From: an uncultured Clostridia bacterium
Lineage (GTDB): Bacteria > Bacillota > Clostridia > Christensenellales > UBA1242
NCBI GenBank assembly: GCA_944384405.1
Contig: CALWTH010000054.1
Span: forward strand, 2,277 to 66,276
Length of the DNA stretch: 64,000 nt
Reading direction: 5' to 3'
This document shows positions 11,572-19,233 of the stretch, in pieces. How positions within the stretch are numbered: position 1 is the stretch's first letter; the number at the start of each line of letters is the position of its first letter. The position numbers and the translations under genes are program-made. The notes below the pieces were generated by a model. That model was given only the letters and a program-made list of their open reading frames with translations, did no database searches and was not told the origin of the DNA.

Positions 11572-13503
11572 ATGCCAGATATAAAAGTTTTAGAAAAATC
11601 TGTATGGTCAAAAATTGCAGCAGGTGAAGTTGTTGAAAAGCCAGCATCAATTGTAAAAGAATTAGTTGAAAATTCTGTGGACGCGGGCGCAAAGAATATC
11701 ACAATAGAAATTGAAGGTGGGGGAATAAAGAAAATATCTGTCACAGACGATGGTTGTGGTATAAAAGCTGACCAACTAGAAACTGCATTTTTGCCTCACG
11801 CAACAAGTAAACTAAGCAAAATTGAAGATTTGAATAACTTGCAATCAATGGGCTTTCGCGGTGAAGCACTCGCCAGTATTGCAGCAGTATCTAAAGTTAA
11901 ATTAATTTCAAAGACAAGTCAAGATAGCATAGGTCAAAAAATTGAACTTGAAGGCGGAGAAAAAGTATCTATAACAGAAATCGCAAGTAATAACGGAACT
12001 AAAATTGTTGTAAGCGATTTGTTTTATAATACGCCTGCACGTGCTAAATTTTTAAGAAAACCAAAGACTGAAGAGAATGACATAACCAGCTATGTTGAAA
12101 AACTTATGCTTTCACATGTCAATATAAATTTTAAATATATTGTTGATGACAAAATCATATATAATACAACCAATTGTAGTTTACTCGATATCATATACAC
12201 AATTTATGGTGCCGAGATTTCTTCGAATATGATTGAGGTTAATTATAAAAAAGGCGATTATGCTGTCACTGGTTACATATCTTCACCGGTTGTTGCAAAG
12301 AGTAACAGGACTTATCAATCACTATTTGTAAATAACAGATATTGCATAAATTCAACTATTTCTGCAAGCATATCAAATGCCTATGAGACATTTTTGATGA
12401 AAGGCAAGTTCCCTGTATATGTACTATTTCTTCATATGCCACCAAACTCTGTTGATGTCAACGTTCATCCAAATAAACTTGAAGTGAAGTTCGAAAACTC
12501 ACAACAAATATATATGCTTTTCAATAATGCTGTCTTTGAAGCACTGTCAAGGCAAACGCACATTAAAGACGGATTTGCATTTAACCATGTAGAAAGTGAA
12601 CAAGAAAATAGTTTAGACACCGTTACAGACAAAACTCAAACCGAGCAGATAGATTTAGACAATAATGAACAAATATCAACAAAACAAAACAAATCCATAG
12701 ATGAATTAAACGGAATTTCGTTTACTGAGCAACAAAACTATGAAAAAAATTTGCAAGATTTTTGGAACAATAAAAAACCTGACGACCTTGTATTTTCACG
12801 AAGCTTTGCTCCAATGGAAGTAACTATTGAAAGCGATGACAACACTAAAAAGCCAAGTACTATTGAAAGTCGCAATTACAATGTTTTAGACGAAGAAAAA
12901 GAACAGTTAAAGTATCAGTCACTATTTAACCCTCAAAGAGTTATTGTTGGTGTTGCTTTTGACACATATATAATAGTTCAGGAAGAAGATACTCTATATT
13001 TTATTGACCAGCACGCTGCTCATGAGCGACAACTATTTGATAAATTTATGGCAGAAGTAGATGCCGAAGACATTCAAGTTCAACAGCTTTTAGTTCCTTA
13101 TATTCTTAGAATAAATGATGCCGAATACTCATTTTTAGAAAACAACTTAGAGTTATTAAATAGTTATGGGTTCGATATCACTCCTTTTGGGCATAATACT
13201 TTTAAAGTTAATAGTATTCCTATGCTTTTAAATGATATCAATCTAAAAGATTTCTTTAATGAAATGTTTAGTAATCTTAATGGATTAGTTAAAAAGCCTC
13301 ATGAAGTTCTAAGACACGAATTTGCAACTATGGGTTGCAAAGCAGCAATAAAGGCAGGCTACAAACTTTCAGAAAAAGAAATAAACATATTACTAGACAC
13401 TTTAAAACAACAAAAGACAACTTTATTGTGTCCACATGGAAGACCTATTGTTGTTACATTTGATAAAAAACAACTTGAAAAAATGTTTAAAAGGATAGTT
13501 TAG
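11572..13503 (+). CDS. mutL: DNA mismatch repair protein MutL
   Basis: GHKL ATPase motifs IAAGEVVEKPASIVKELVENSVDA, DDGCGI, GFRGEAL; C-terminal endonuclease motif DQHAAHER. Confidence 0.93.
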   Translation: MPDIKVLEKSVWSKIAAGEVVEKPASIVKELVENSVDAGAKNITIEIEGGGIKKISVTDDGCGIKADQLETAFLPHATSKLSKIEDLNNLQSMGFRGEALASIAAVSKVKLISKTSQDSIGQKIELEGGEKVSITEIASNNGTKIVVSDLFYNTPARAKFLRKPKTEENDITSYVEKLMLSHVNINFKYIVDDKIIYNTTNCSLLDIIYTIYGAEISSNMIEVNYKKGDYAVTGYISSPVVAKSNRTYQSLFVNNRYCINSTISASISNAYETFLMKGKFPVYVLFLHMPPNSVDVNVHPNKLEVKFENSQQIYMLFNNAVFEALSRQTHIKDGFAFNHVESEQENSLDTVTDKTQTEQIDLDNNEQISTKQNKSIDELNGISFTEQQNYEKNLQDFWNNKKPDDLVFSRSFAPMEVTIESDDNTKKPSTIESRNYNVLDEEKEQLKYQSLFNPQRVIVGVAFDTYIIVQEEDTLYFIDQHAAHERQLFDKFMAEVDAEDIQVQQLLVPYILRINDAEYSFLENNLELLNSYGFDITPFGHNTFKVNSIPMLLNDINLKDFFNEMFSNLNGLVKKPHEVLRHEFATMGCKAAIKAGYKLSEKEINILLDTLKQQKTTLLCPHGRPIVVTFDKKQLEKMFKRIV

Positions 13504-14378
13504 TGAAAATTATCGTATTATATGGACCAACAGGTGTTGGAAAAACAGCACTTTCAATAAAATTAGCAAAAAGATATAACGCAGAAATAATATCATGTGA
13601 TTCTATGCAAATATATAAATATTTGGATATTGGTTCAGCAAAAGTATCAAAAGATGAAATGCAGGGTGTACCTCATCATCTCATAGACTTTTTGGAGCCA
13701 AACCAAAATTATAGCGTGTTTGATTTTGTCGAAAATTGTAAAAAAGCAATTCATGACATACAAAAAAAAGGAAAAAACGTTATTATCGTTGGTGGAACAG
13801 GGCTTTACATAAAAGCTTTGACTGAAAATTACAATCTTGGAAATGTTAAGAAGCCAGAGATTGTTTCTAAATTGCAAAATTTATCAAATGAACAACTAAT
13901 AAATATCATAGAAAGCAGTGGGAAAATAGTAAAGAAAGACGATTTAAACAATAGGGTAAGGCTACTTAGATATGCCGAACTAGTAGAAACTAAATCAAAA
14001 ACAACAAAAAACGACGAAACAGAAAAATATCTCATATTTGGAATTATTTCTGACAGAGCAAAGTTATATGAGAAAATAAATTCAAGAGTAGACGAAATGA
14101 TAAATAAAGGCTTAGTAAATGAAACAAAAGCCATATATCAAAAGTATGGTGAAAATATCTCTTGTTTCAAAGCAATAGGATACAAAGAATTGCTGCCATA
14201 CATAAAAGGTGAAACATCTCTTGATGACTGTGTTGAACTTATCAAAAAACGCTCACGAAATTATGCAAAACGTCAATTCACTTTTATGAATCAGTTTAAC
14301 ACAATAATAAAAATAGATTCAACAAACTTTGATACTGCTTTCAAAGAAATATCTGATATTATTGATAAAAATAAATGA
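13503..14378 (+). CDS. miaA: tRNA dimethylallyltransferase MiaA (GTG start)
   Basis: GPTGVGKT P-loop, SCDSMQIYKYLDIGSAK, HHLID, VGGTGLY; standard mutL-miaA synteny. Confidence 0.9.
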   Translation: MKIIVLYGPTGVGKTALSIKLAKRYNAEIISCDSMQIYKYLDIGSAKVSKDEMQGVPHHLIDFLEPNQNYSVFDFVENCKKAIHDIQKKGKNVIIVGGTGLYIKALTENYNLGNVKKPEIVSKLQNLSNEQLINIIESSGKIVKKDDLNNRVRLLRYAELVETKSKTTKNDETEKYLIFGIISDRAKLYEKINSRVDEMINKGLVNETKAIYQKYGENISCFKAIGYKELLPYIKGETSLDDCVELIKKRSRNYAKRQFTFMNQFNTIIKIDSTNFDTAFKEISDIIDKNK

Positions 14379-14394
14379 CAAAATAAATAAAATA

Positions 14395-14600
14395 GGGAAG
14401 AGTAATCTTCCTCAGCGTGTAGACAAATAATCAGACTGCCGAAAAACAAGTGAGGCGAGGCTCGCAAAATGCCCAAAAGCAGGAGTTTAGATGCCTAAAT
14501 GACTGTTTTTGGGCGTTTTGCAGTAAACAAAGCAAGAAAAATTTTGCAAAATTTTTCGGTCACGCAGTTTTTCGACAGTCTGGGGAAGAGTAATCTTCCT
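14395..14600. repeat. 170-bp imperfect palindromic insert flanked by an 18-bp direct repeat of a GNRA-capped hairpin (MITE-like element or structured sRNA)
   Basis: GGGAAGAGTAATCTTCCT at 14395-14412 and 14583-14600. Outer inverted repeat CAGACTGCCGAAAAAC (14432-14447) pairs with GTTTTTCGACAGTCTG (14567-14582). Inner inverted repeat is GCAAAATGCCCAAAAGCAG / CTGTTTTTGGGCGTTTTGC. Confidence 0.6.
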
Positions 14601-14608
14601 TTTTTTAT
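14583..14608 (+). terminator. Rho-independent terminator of miaA (second copy of hairpin plus T-tract)
   Basis: GGAAGA-GTAA-TCTTCC stem-loop followed by TTTTTTTATTTT; the first copy (14395-14412) lacks the T-tract. Confidence 0.6.
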
Positions 14609-14633
14609 TTTGTGACTAAAATGTGACACAATA

Positions 14634-14668
14634 TTTACAAAATAAAAACACCATAACATTGGTGTTTT
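14634..14668 (-). terminator. Probable original terminator of the tRNA operon, now stranded next to attL
   Basis: Minus strand AAAACACCA-ATGTTA-TGGTGTTTT followed by TATTTTG, directly downstream of the orphan tRNA-Tyr 3' fragment. Confidence 0.55.
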
Positions 14669-14676
14669 AATTATTC

Positions 14677-14731
14677 GTGGTGGGCAGGGATGGATTCGAA
14701 CCATCGAAGGCGAAGCCGACGGATTTACAGT
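14677..14731 (-). repeat. attL: orphan 3' fragment of tRNA-Tyr (55 bp, identical to 28262-28316)
   Basis: Letter-by-letter identical 55-mer GTGGTGGGCAGGGATGGATTCGAACCATCGAAGGCGAAGCCGACGGATTTACAGT at both positions; identity stops on both sides. Confidence 0.9.
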
Positions 14732-14781
14732 TTTTAAGCAAAGAGGCTACATGCCTTACAACAAAAGGATTTCATGATTTT

Positions 14782-14838
14782 TTGGATAAAATTTTTGGAT
14801 AAGTTTTTCGATTGATTTTCGTATTTTAATTGGATAAG
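14782..14838 (+). promoter_or_regulatory. Three TTGGATAA(G) repeats near the left end, matching tandem copies at 28121-28144 (candidate arm-type integrase sites)
   Basis: TTGGATAA at 14782-14789, TTGGATAAG at 14795-14803 and 14830-14838; TTTTTGGATAAG x2 at 28121-28144, same orientation. Confidence 0.4.
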
Positions 14839-14844
14839 TTCTAT

Positions 14845-14875
14845 AAAAAACAAGCCATATTTAGGCTTGTTTTTA
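14845..14875 (-). terminator. Terminator closing the leftward operon of the element (could act bidirectionally)
   Basis: AAAAAACAAGCC-ATATTTA-GGCTTGTTTTT directly downstream of the 71-aa ORF. Confidence 0.55.
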
Positions 14876-14882
14876 TGAATGT

Positions 14883-15098
14883 TTATTTGTCTTGTGTAGT
14901 TTTGACGATGTAGTCATTTATATCTTTTATTTTGAATTCCTGACTGTGCCAACGAGAGTTCTCTAATGTTTCATAAAATTCAATATAACTTTGTTGAGCT
15001 TCTTTTGGTGCTTTATCGGTTAAAAGATATCTGCCTTTTTCATCATCCACAACATACCATTCTGGATTATTTAAAAATAAAGGTTTTTCTAACAACAT
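14883..15098 (-). CDS. Hypothetical 71-aa acidic protein, last gene of the element's leftward operon
   Basis: ORF abuts the zincin gene stop (1-nt gap); no recognisable motif. Confidence 0.45.
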   Translation of the reverse strand: MLLEKPLFLNNPEWYVVDDEKGRYLLTDKAPKEAQQSYIEFYETLENSRWHSQEFKIKDINDYIVKTTQDK

Positions 15099-15099
15099 A

Positions 15100-15855
15100 C
15101 TATTTTTCTCCTTTTAAATATATTTCTAGCGATTTAGCAGTGTCTGATGGATTATCACAAGTAAGCATCTCACTAAAAGTTTCTGCAAAGAATTCATAAG
15201 GATCACTAGTTCCATATATGCTTGTAGTACTAGTGGTATGAAAAGTATTTTTACATATACTCCTTATTTTTGTTCTCATTTCGTTCGCTATATCATCATC
15301 ATATTGTAATGGATTTCTTGCTCGTATGTCAACTTCACCACGTTGCTTGGCGATCTGCTCTGTCAGTACTCTTTGAACATAGTGTCCCATTTCATGAGTC
15401 ATTGTATGTACCAGCAAATTTTGTCTATCAGATTTTGTCCAATACCCAATTTCTATTTGTTTTTGCACCTGCGTTTCGACTTCTCTTGCGGTATCTCGCT
15501 GATAAGATTTATTAAAAATAATTTCAGGTCTTTTAAAAGTGTCAATTTGACATCTAAAACAAGCTTTAACATTGGGATTACTAAACGTTTCTGTTCTAAC
15601 TTTTAGATTTTCAACTTCTGCATAATCAGAGTATTGTCTGAACCTTGACATAATTCTATCAAGTTGTTTAAGGTTAGGGGTGAGTATTTCGTCAGGTATT
15701 TTATCTGTTGATGCCATTACTTGAACATTTCTTTTTGTTAGTTTTTCAACTATTCTAGTTCGATTGTTTGTAGGTTTATCTTGATCGTAAGTATCGCTTA
15801 CTTTAATCCGCATACTTCCGCTTCTATTAAAATAACTTGAGCCTCTTCCGCCCAT
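15100..15855 (-). CDS. HExxH zinc metallopeptidase-like protein (zincin)
   Basis: HTMTHEMGHYV plus downstream YEFFAETFSE (third-ligand Glu context as in lethal-factor/MtfA-type zincins); N-terminus MGGRGSSYF; GGAGG RBS. Confidence 0.6.
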   Translation of the reverse strand: MGGRGSSYFNRSGSMRIKVSDTYDQDKPTNNRTRIVEKLTKRNVQVMASTDKIPDEILTPNLKQLDRIMSRFRQYSDYAEVENLKVRTETFSNPNVKACFRCQIDTFKRPEIIFNKSYQRDTAREVETQVQKQIEIGYWTKSDRQNLLVHTMTHEMGHYVQRVLTEQIAKQRGEVDIRARNPLQYDDDIANEMRTKIRSICKNTFHTTSTTSIYGTSDPYEFFAETFSEMLTCDNPSDTAKSLEIYLKGEK

Positions 15856-15872
15856 AAATATATCCTCCTAGT

Positions 15873-16520
15873 TTAAAAATTTTTTAGTTGTAATTGCATA
15901 TGTGTAGCAATTTGAATAATACGGTTGTCGCCTTTTAAACTTTCTGGAACTATTCCGTAGAACAATATTTTTGTTGGTTTAAGTCTTTTGTCCATTTCTT
16001 GAAAGCCCTTGCAGAAATTGAGTAATGCACGTGGGTTTTTTACGCATCCGACAGAACTCACTGCTATGGTTGAGTTCTGAGGTAGACCATCGAAACACCA
16101 GCTGTAGGAAGCTTCATCACTCCAAGTTGCGTTTGGAATAACATCTATGCCGTTGTTTTGCCAGTAGCTGGTTAGAACTCGAGCTCTGTAACATTGCCAA
16201 ATCTGCATCGCCTTCGGCATGTCAGAATAAAGACTAAAGTCTGGAGCGATTACGCCTTTGAATTGTTTAAGAAATTGCATATACTTTTCTGGTGCGTACC
16301 AAACTCTATCAAATTGGTAATCATCTATGTAAAAATGCACGTAGTACTTATGCTTTTGCTCTATACCTTTAGCAACATTGAAAGGCACTGCCTCATACTT
16401 ACCAAAAGTTGTCTGTGTTGCTTTTACTTCTGGGAACTCGAACTCTCCAACAAGCTTGCAGTTCTGAATGAGCGAGAGTTTGAAGTTATCCCGGTCAAAT
16501 GTTAGATTGTTCTTTTTCAT
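15873..16520 (-). CDS. Phage-associated protein resembling DUF4417 (assignment from memory)
   Basis: HFYIDDYQFDRVW ... APDFSLYSDMP ... YRARVLTSYWQNNGIDVIPNATW pattern. Confidence 0.5.
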   Translation of the reverse strand: MKKNNLTFDRDNFKLSLIQNCKLVGEFEFPEVKATQTTFGKYEAVPFNVAKGIEQKHKYYVHFYIDDYQFDRVWYAPEKYMQFLKQFKGVIAPDFSLYSDMPKAMQIWQCYRARVLTSYWQNNGIDVIPNATWSDEASYSWCFDGLPQNSTIAVSSVGCVKNPRALLNFCKGFQEMDKRLKPTKILFYGIVPESLKGDNRIIQIATHMQLQLKNF

Positions 16521-16695
16521 CTATCCCTCGTTTGATAGAAATATCCATATACACTCGGCAATATTTGGAAGTGCCACGGTCTGCATATGGTTCAGACTGT
16601 TGCAAAATCTCAATTACTCCTGATTCTTCAAGAGCCTTGAACAGTTTCGTAAACTTTGAAATCTCTTCTGAAACACCATGTAATCTAATTCTCAT
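16495..16695 (-). CDS. Hypothetical 66-aa protein
   Basis: ORF in operon; ATGA-type overlap with upstream gene. Confidence 0.4.
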   Translation of the reverse strand: MRIRLHGVSEEISKFTKLFKALEESGVIEILQQSEPYADRGTSKYCRVYMDISIKRGIDEKEQSNI

Positions 16696-17084
16696 TTTGC
16701 ATACTCCTTTTGTATTTGGTCTAAAATGTCATATAATGTTGGACAAACTCTTATGCCTGATTTTTCTTCTACCTTTACATAGTTGTAAAAATTTGTATAT
16801 TGTTTCCAATTTTCGCAATAATCTTTGATCTTCGCACACACTTCTTTGACGAGTTCCAAGCTTTTAAGTTTTTGTATCTTTGCTTGAACATCACTACATT
16901 TTTCGCCTCTTAATAGCAACTTTTTATCAATTAAGATTGAAACTAATATAGGGTCTAAAAGTCCTTTTTTAGTGTTATTTTGCCTTACCAATTCTTCTAA
17001 TAGTTCAATATCGGTCATGGCTTTATATTCATCAGCGTAACTGTCCGGCAATTCTGCTTTGCCTAGTGGGGTATATATTCTCAT
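16692..17084 (-). CDS. Hypothetical 130-aa protein
   Basis: ORF in operon, start overlaps stop of upstream gene. Confidence 0.5.
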   Translation of the reverse strand: MRIYTPLGKAELPDSYADEYKAMTDIELLEELVRQNNTKKGLLDPILVSILIDKKLLLRGEKCSDVQAKIQKLKSLELVKEVCAKIKDYCENWKQYTNFYNYVKVEEKSGIRVCPTLYDILDQIQKEYAK

Positions 17085-17386
17085 TATTTTTCCTCCAATA
17101 AATTTAATTTTTTGCTTACCGCAATCATCTGGTTAATGAGTAACTCATTATCCAGGATAAAATTTTGAAGTCTGAGTTTGATTGTGTGAAACTTGGACAC
17201 ACTTGGTTCAAAGCATAGTGAATGGTCAAGACTTGTTTTTGTGGTAATGCGGTTCTCTTCGATTTTAAAAGCTAGATAAATAGTGTCACTATCTGTCATC
17301 ACGCAGAACAAGTCGCTACATATTTGCCAGCTCGCTGTATTTGAACGAAGATAATCTCGAAGTTTGTTTGTTAAAATGTCAACCAT
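17084..17386 (-). CDS. Hypothetical 100-aa protein
   Basis: ORF in operon, 8-nt overlap with upstream gene. Confidence 0.5.
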   Translation of the reverse strand: MVDILTNKLRDYLRSNTASWQICSDLFCVMTDSDTIYLAFKIEENRITTKTSLDHSLCFEPSVSKFHTIKLRLQNFILDNELLINQMIAVSKKLNLLEEK

Positions 17387-18242
17387 TGTTGCCTCCTAAT
17401 TTTACAGAATCTAAATCAGTGAACAAGTTGTTTAATTGCTCCTGGCTGTAACTTCGATTGTCGTAGTTTTGGGTTTTGCCTGGCGAGAACACTATTTTGT
17501 CATAATGACCGGCAAGGACCTTGTCATAATTCTCTTTTTTTACTAGCCAGGAAAGCTTAAGGTTATTAGCCATTTTAAGAAAATCACTAGCTCTGACTCG
17601 TTCTGTTAGGGCTTTAAAATCTACATAGTCTGGAATCTTAACTCCGGACTCAGCTTTTTTTGGAAATTCTTTGAGAAACAGTTCCAAATCTTGGTTAGAA
17701 CGTTCAGCCGGTGCTTCATTCTTAGTTTTTGTATTAGTCTTGTCTTGTGTGGTTTGTGAATTTTTGTTTACATTTTCCCCGAAAATGCTTACAATTTTAC
17801 ATTTTTTGTTTACAAATTCGTATTTTTCGTATACAAAACTATACAAGTATTCTTTTACTACTCGTATGCTTGTACATCTTTGTTTGCCAAAGAAATATTT
17901 GTCTTGGATGTCAGGTGAGGTTAGTATCTTATACTTTTCATACATCACCTTGTCAAACAAGCCCCGTTCCAAAGACCTCTTGACAACTCGCTCTAGGAAT
18001 CTGTTATCTGTTCCAAGAGTACTGGCTAGGAGATTCAAAAGGTCTTTGTTGTAGTTTAGAAAATATCCCGCGTCGTCGTCATCGGACATTTTCATTCGAA
18101 GTAATGTGTAAACAGCAAATGCTTCTAATTTTTGATTTGCAACTCTTTTTTCGTTGAATATATTAAAATCTGACATAAAGAGCTGTTCTTGTGTTGTAAG
18201 CTTTGATTCTCGGGGAAAGAACTTGAGTGATTGACTCTTCAT
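17379..18242 (-). CDS. Putative replication initiator/replisome organiser (DUF4373, Lin1244-like N-terminal domain, from memory)
   Basis: N-terminal FFPRESKL...EAFAVYTLLRMKMSDDDDAGYFL...LERVVKRSLERGLFD resembles phage replisome-organiser N-domains. Confidence 0.45.
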   Translation of the reverse strand: MKSQSLKFFPRESKLTTQEQLFMSDFNIFNEKRVANQKLEAFAVYTLLRMKMSDDDDAGYFLNYNKDLLNLLASTLGTDNRFLERVVKRSLERGLFDKVMYEKYKILTSPDIQDKYFFGKQRCTSIRVVKEYLYSFVYEKYEFVNKKCKIVSIFGENVNKNSQTTQDKTNTKTKNEAPAERSNQDLELFLKEFPKKAESGVKIPDYVDFKALTERVRASDFLKMANNLKLSWLVKKENYDKVLAGHYDKIVFSPGKTQNYDNRSYSQEQLNNLFTDLDSVKLGGNNG

Positions 18243-18275
18243 TTTCTTTCTCCCTTTATTTTATTGTTTTATTGA

Positions 18276-18674
18276 TTAAAACGGCTTGTATTCTTCTTCG
18301 TCAGAAGCATCAGAAATCGCTCTGGGCGAAGATTTTTCAAGTGGTTTTTCTGTCTTTTTTACTTGTTTTGGTGCTTCTGGGGCTTTTTGAATATTGTGTT
18401 GTGTAGTCTTGGGTAGTATAATAGTTACAGTGTACAGGTCATCTGACTTTATGTAGGTGACTTGTTTCTCTGACTGTAGCATCTGAAGAACCTTAACAAG
18501 CTTATCTTCGTTGAATTTGTAGACATCGATGTCAATTACTGTGTTGCCGGTCTTTTTGTACTGGCTGGCGATGTATCTTATTACTTTTCTTGCGTACCAC
18601 TGGACCTTACGCTTTTCGCAACGTTCCTGACGTGCACGTGCTTTTTTCGTGCGTGAATTAATTATTCGTTGCAT
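18276..18674 (-). CDS. Hypothetical basic protein (Arg/Lys-rich N-terminus)
   Basis: Start chosen at MQRIINSRTKKARARQ (GGGAGG about 10 nt upstream); the ORF track starts it 13 codons earlier at 18713. Confidence 0.5.
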   Translation of the reverse strand: MQRIINSRTKKARARQERCEKRKVQWYARKVIRYIASQYKKTGNTVIDIDVYKFNEDKLVKVLQMLQSEKQVTYIKSDDLYTVTIILPKTTQHNIQKAPEAPKQVKKTEKPLEKSSPRAISDASDEEEYKPF

Positions 18675-18954
18675 ATTTTCTTTTCCTCCCGACAATTTCG
18701 TTATATGTTTCAAAATGTTCTTTCACTTGCTGGATAAACTTTTGTGCGTTTAGACTGCCTAAGTTTGCCATAATGATTAGTACTTCATTGCGGGGCAGGT
18801 GTTCGCAGTTCTCCCAGCGTGAGATATCTTTCTTTGTTAGATTTTTGTTTAATTGCTTGCCGAGCAGTTCGGCAAATTCGTTTTGTTTTAATCGAAGGTT
18901 TAATCTTAATGTTTTGATAGGATTTTGACCAAAATATTTACCAAATGGCAACAT
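18658..18954 (-). CDS. XRE-type helix-turn-helix regulator (98 aa)
   Basis: LRLKQNEFAELLGKQLNKNLTKKDISRWENCEHLP HTH pattern; start at MLPFGKY preceded by AAAGGAGGTG. Confidence 0.6.
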   Translation of the reverse strand: MLPFGKYFGQNPIKTLRLNLRLKQNEFAELLGKQLNKNLTKKDISRWENCEHLPRNEVLIIMANLGSLNAQKFIQQVKEHFETYNEIVGRKRKYATNN

Positions 18955-18995
18955 TTTACACCTCCTTTTTGTTAATATGGTAATTTTGGTAACCA

Positions 18996-19233
18996 ACCGC
19001 TAAAAACTCCGTTTTTAGCGGTATTTAATACGTTTTAATATATTTCATTATCTAAATCAGTCATTTTTTAATGAAATATGTTAAAATTAAATACATTTTT
19101 GAATTAAACTTAATTACAATTTTTAATTTTTATTGAATTAAAATATATATTTTTTTAACAAATTAAATGCCCGCATTTAATTTTGTTTTTAAAAAAATAT
19201 ATTAAATTTTAAAAGACCAATAAAAATTAAAAA
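18996..19233. promoter_or_regulatory. AT-rich non-coding region with three palindromes (candidate promoter/operator or origin)
   Basis: ACCGCTAAAAAC-TCC-GTTTTTAGCGGT (18996-19022). ATATTTCATTA (19040-19050) pairs with TAATGAAATAT (19069-19079). AAATTAAATGC-CC-GCATTTAATTT lies near 19160-19183. GAATTAAA and AAATTAAAT motifs recur. Confidence 0.4.

Noticed and set aside
14291-14704. ORFs 14291-14476 and 14495-14704 (61 and 69 aa, minus strand)
   Set aside because: They span the palindromic insert, terminator hairpins and the orphan tRNA-Tyr fragment. They have no RBS and low-complexity translations.
19023-19233. CRISPR-like or iteron array in the AT-rich gap
   Set aside because: The repeated units (GAATTAAA, AAATTAAAT) are short, irregularly spaced and expected in DNA this AT-rich. 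There is no regular repeat-spacer periodicity and no cas genes in the window.
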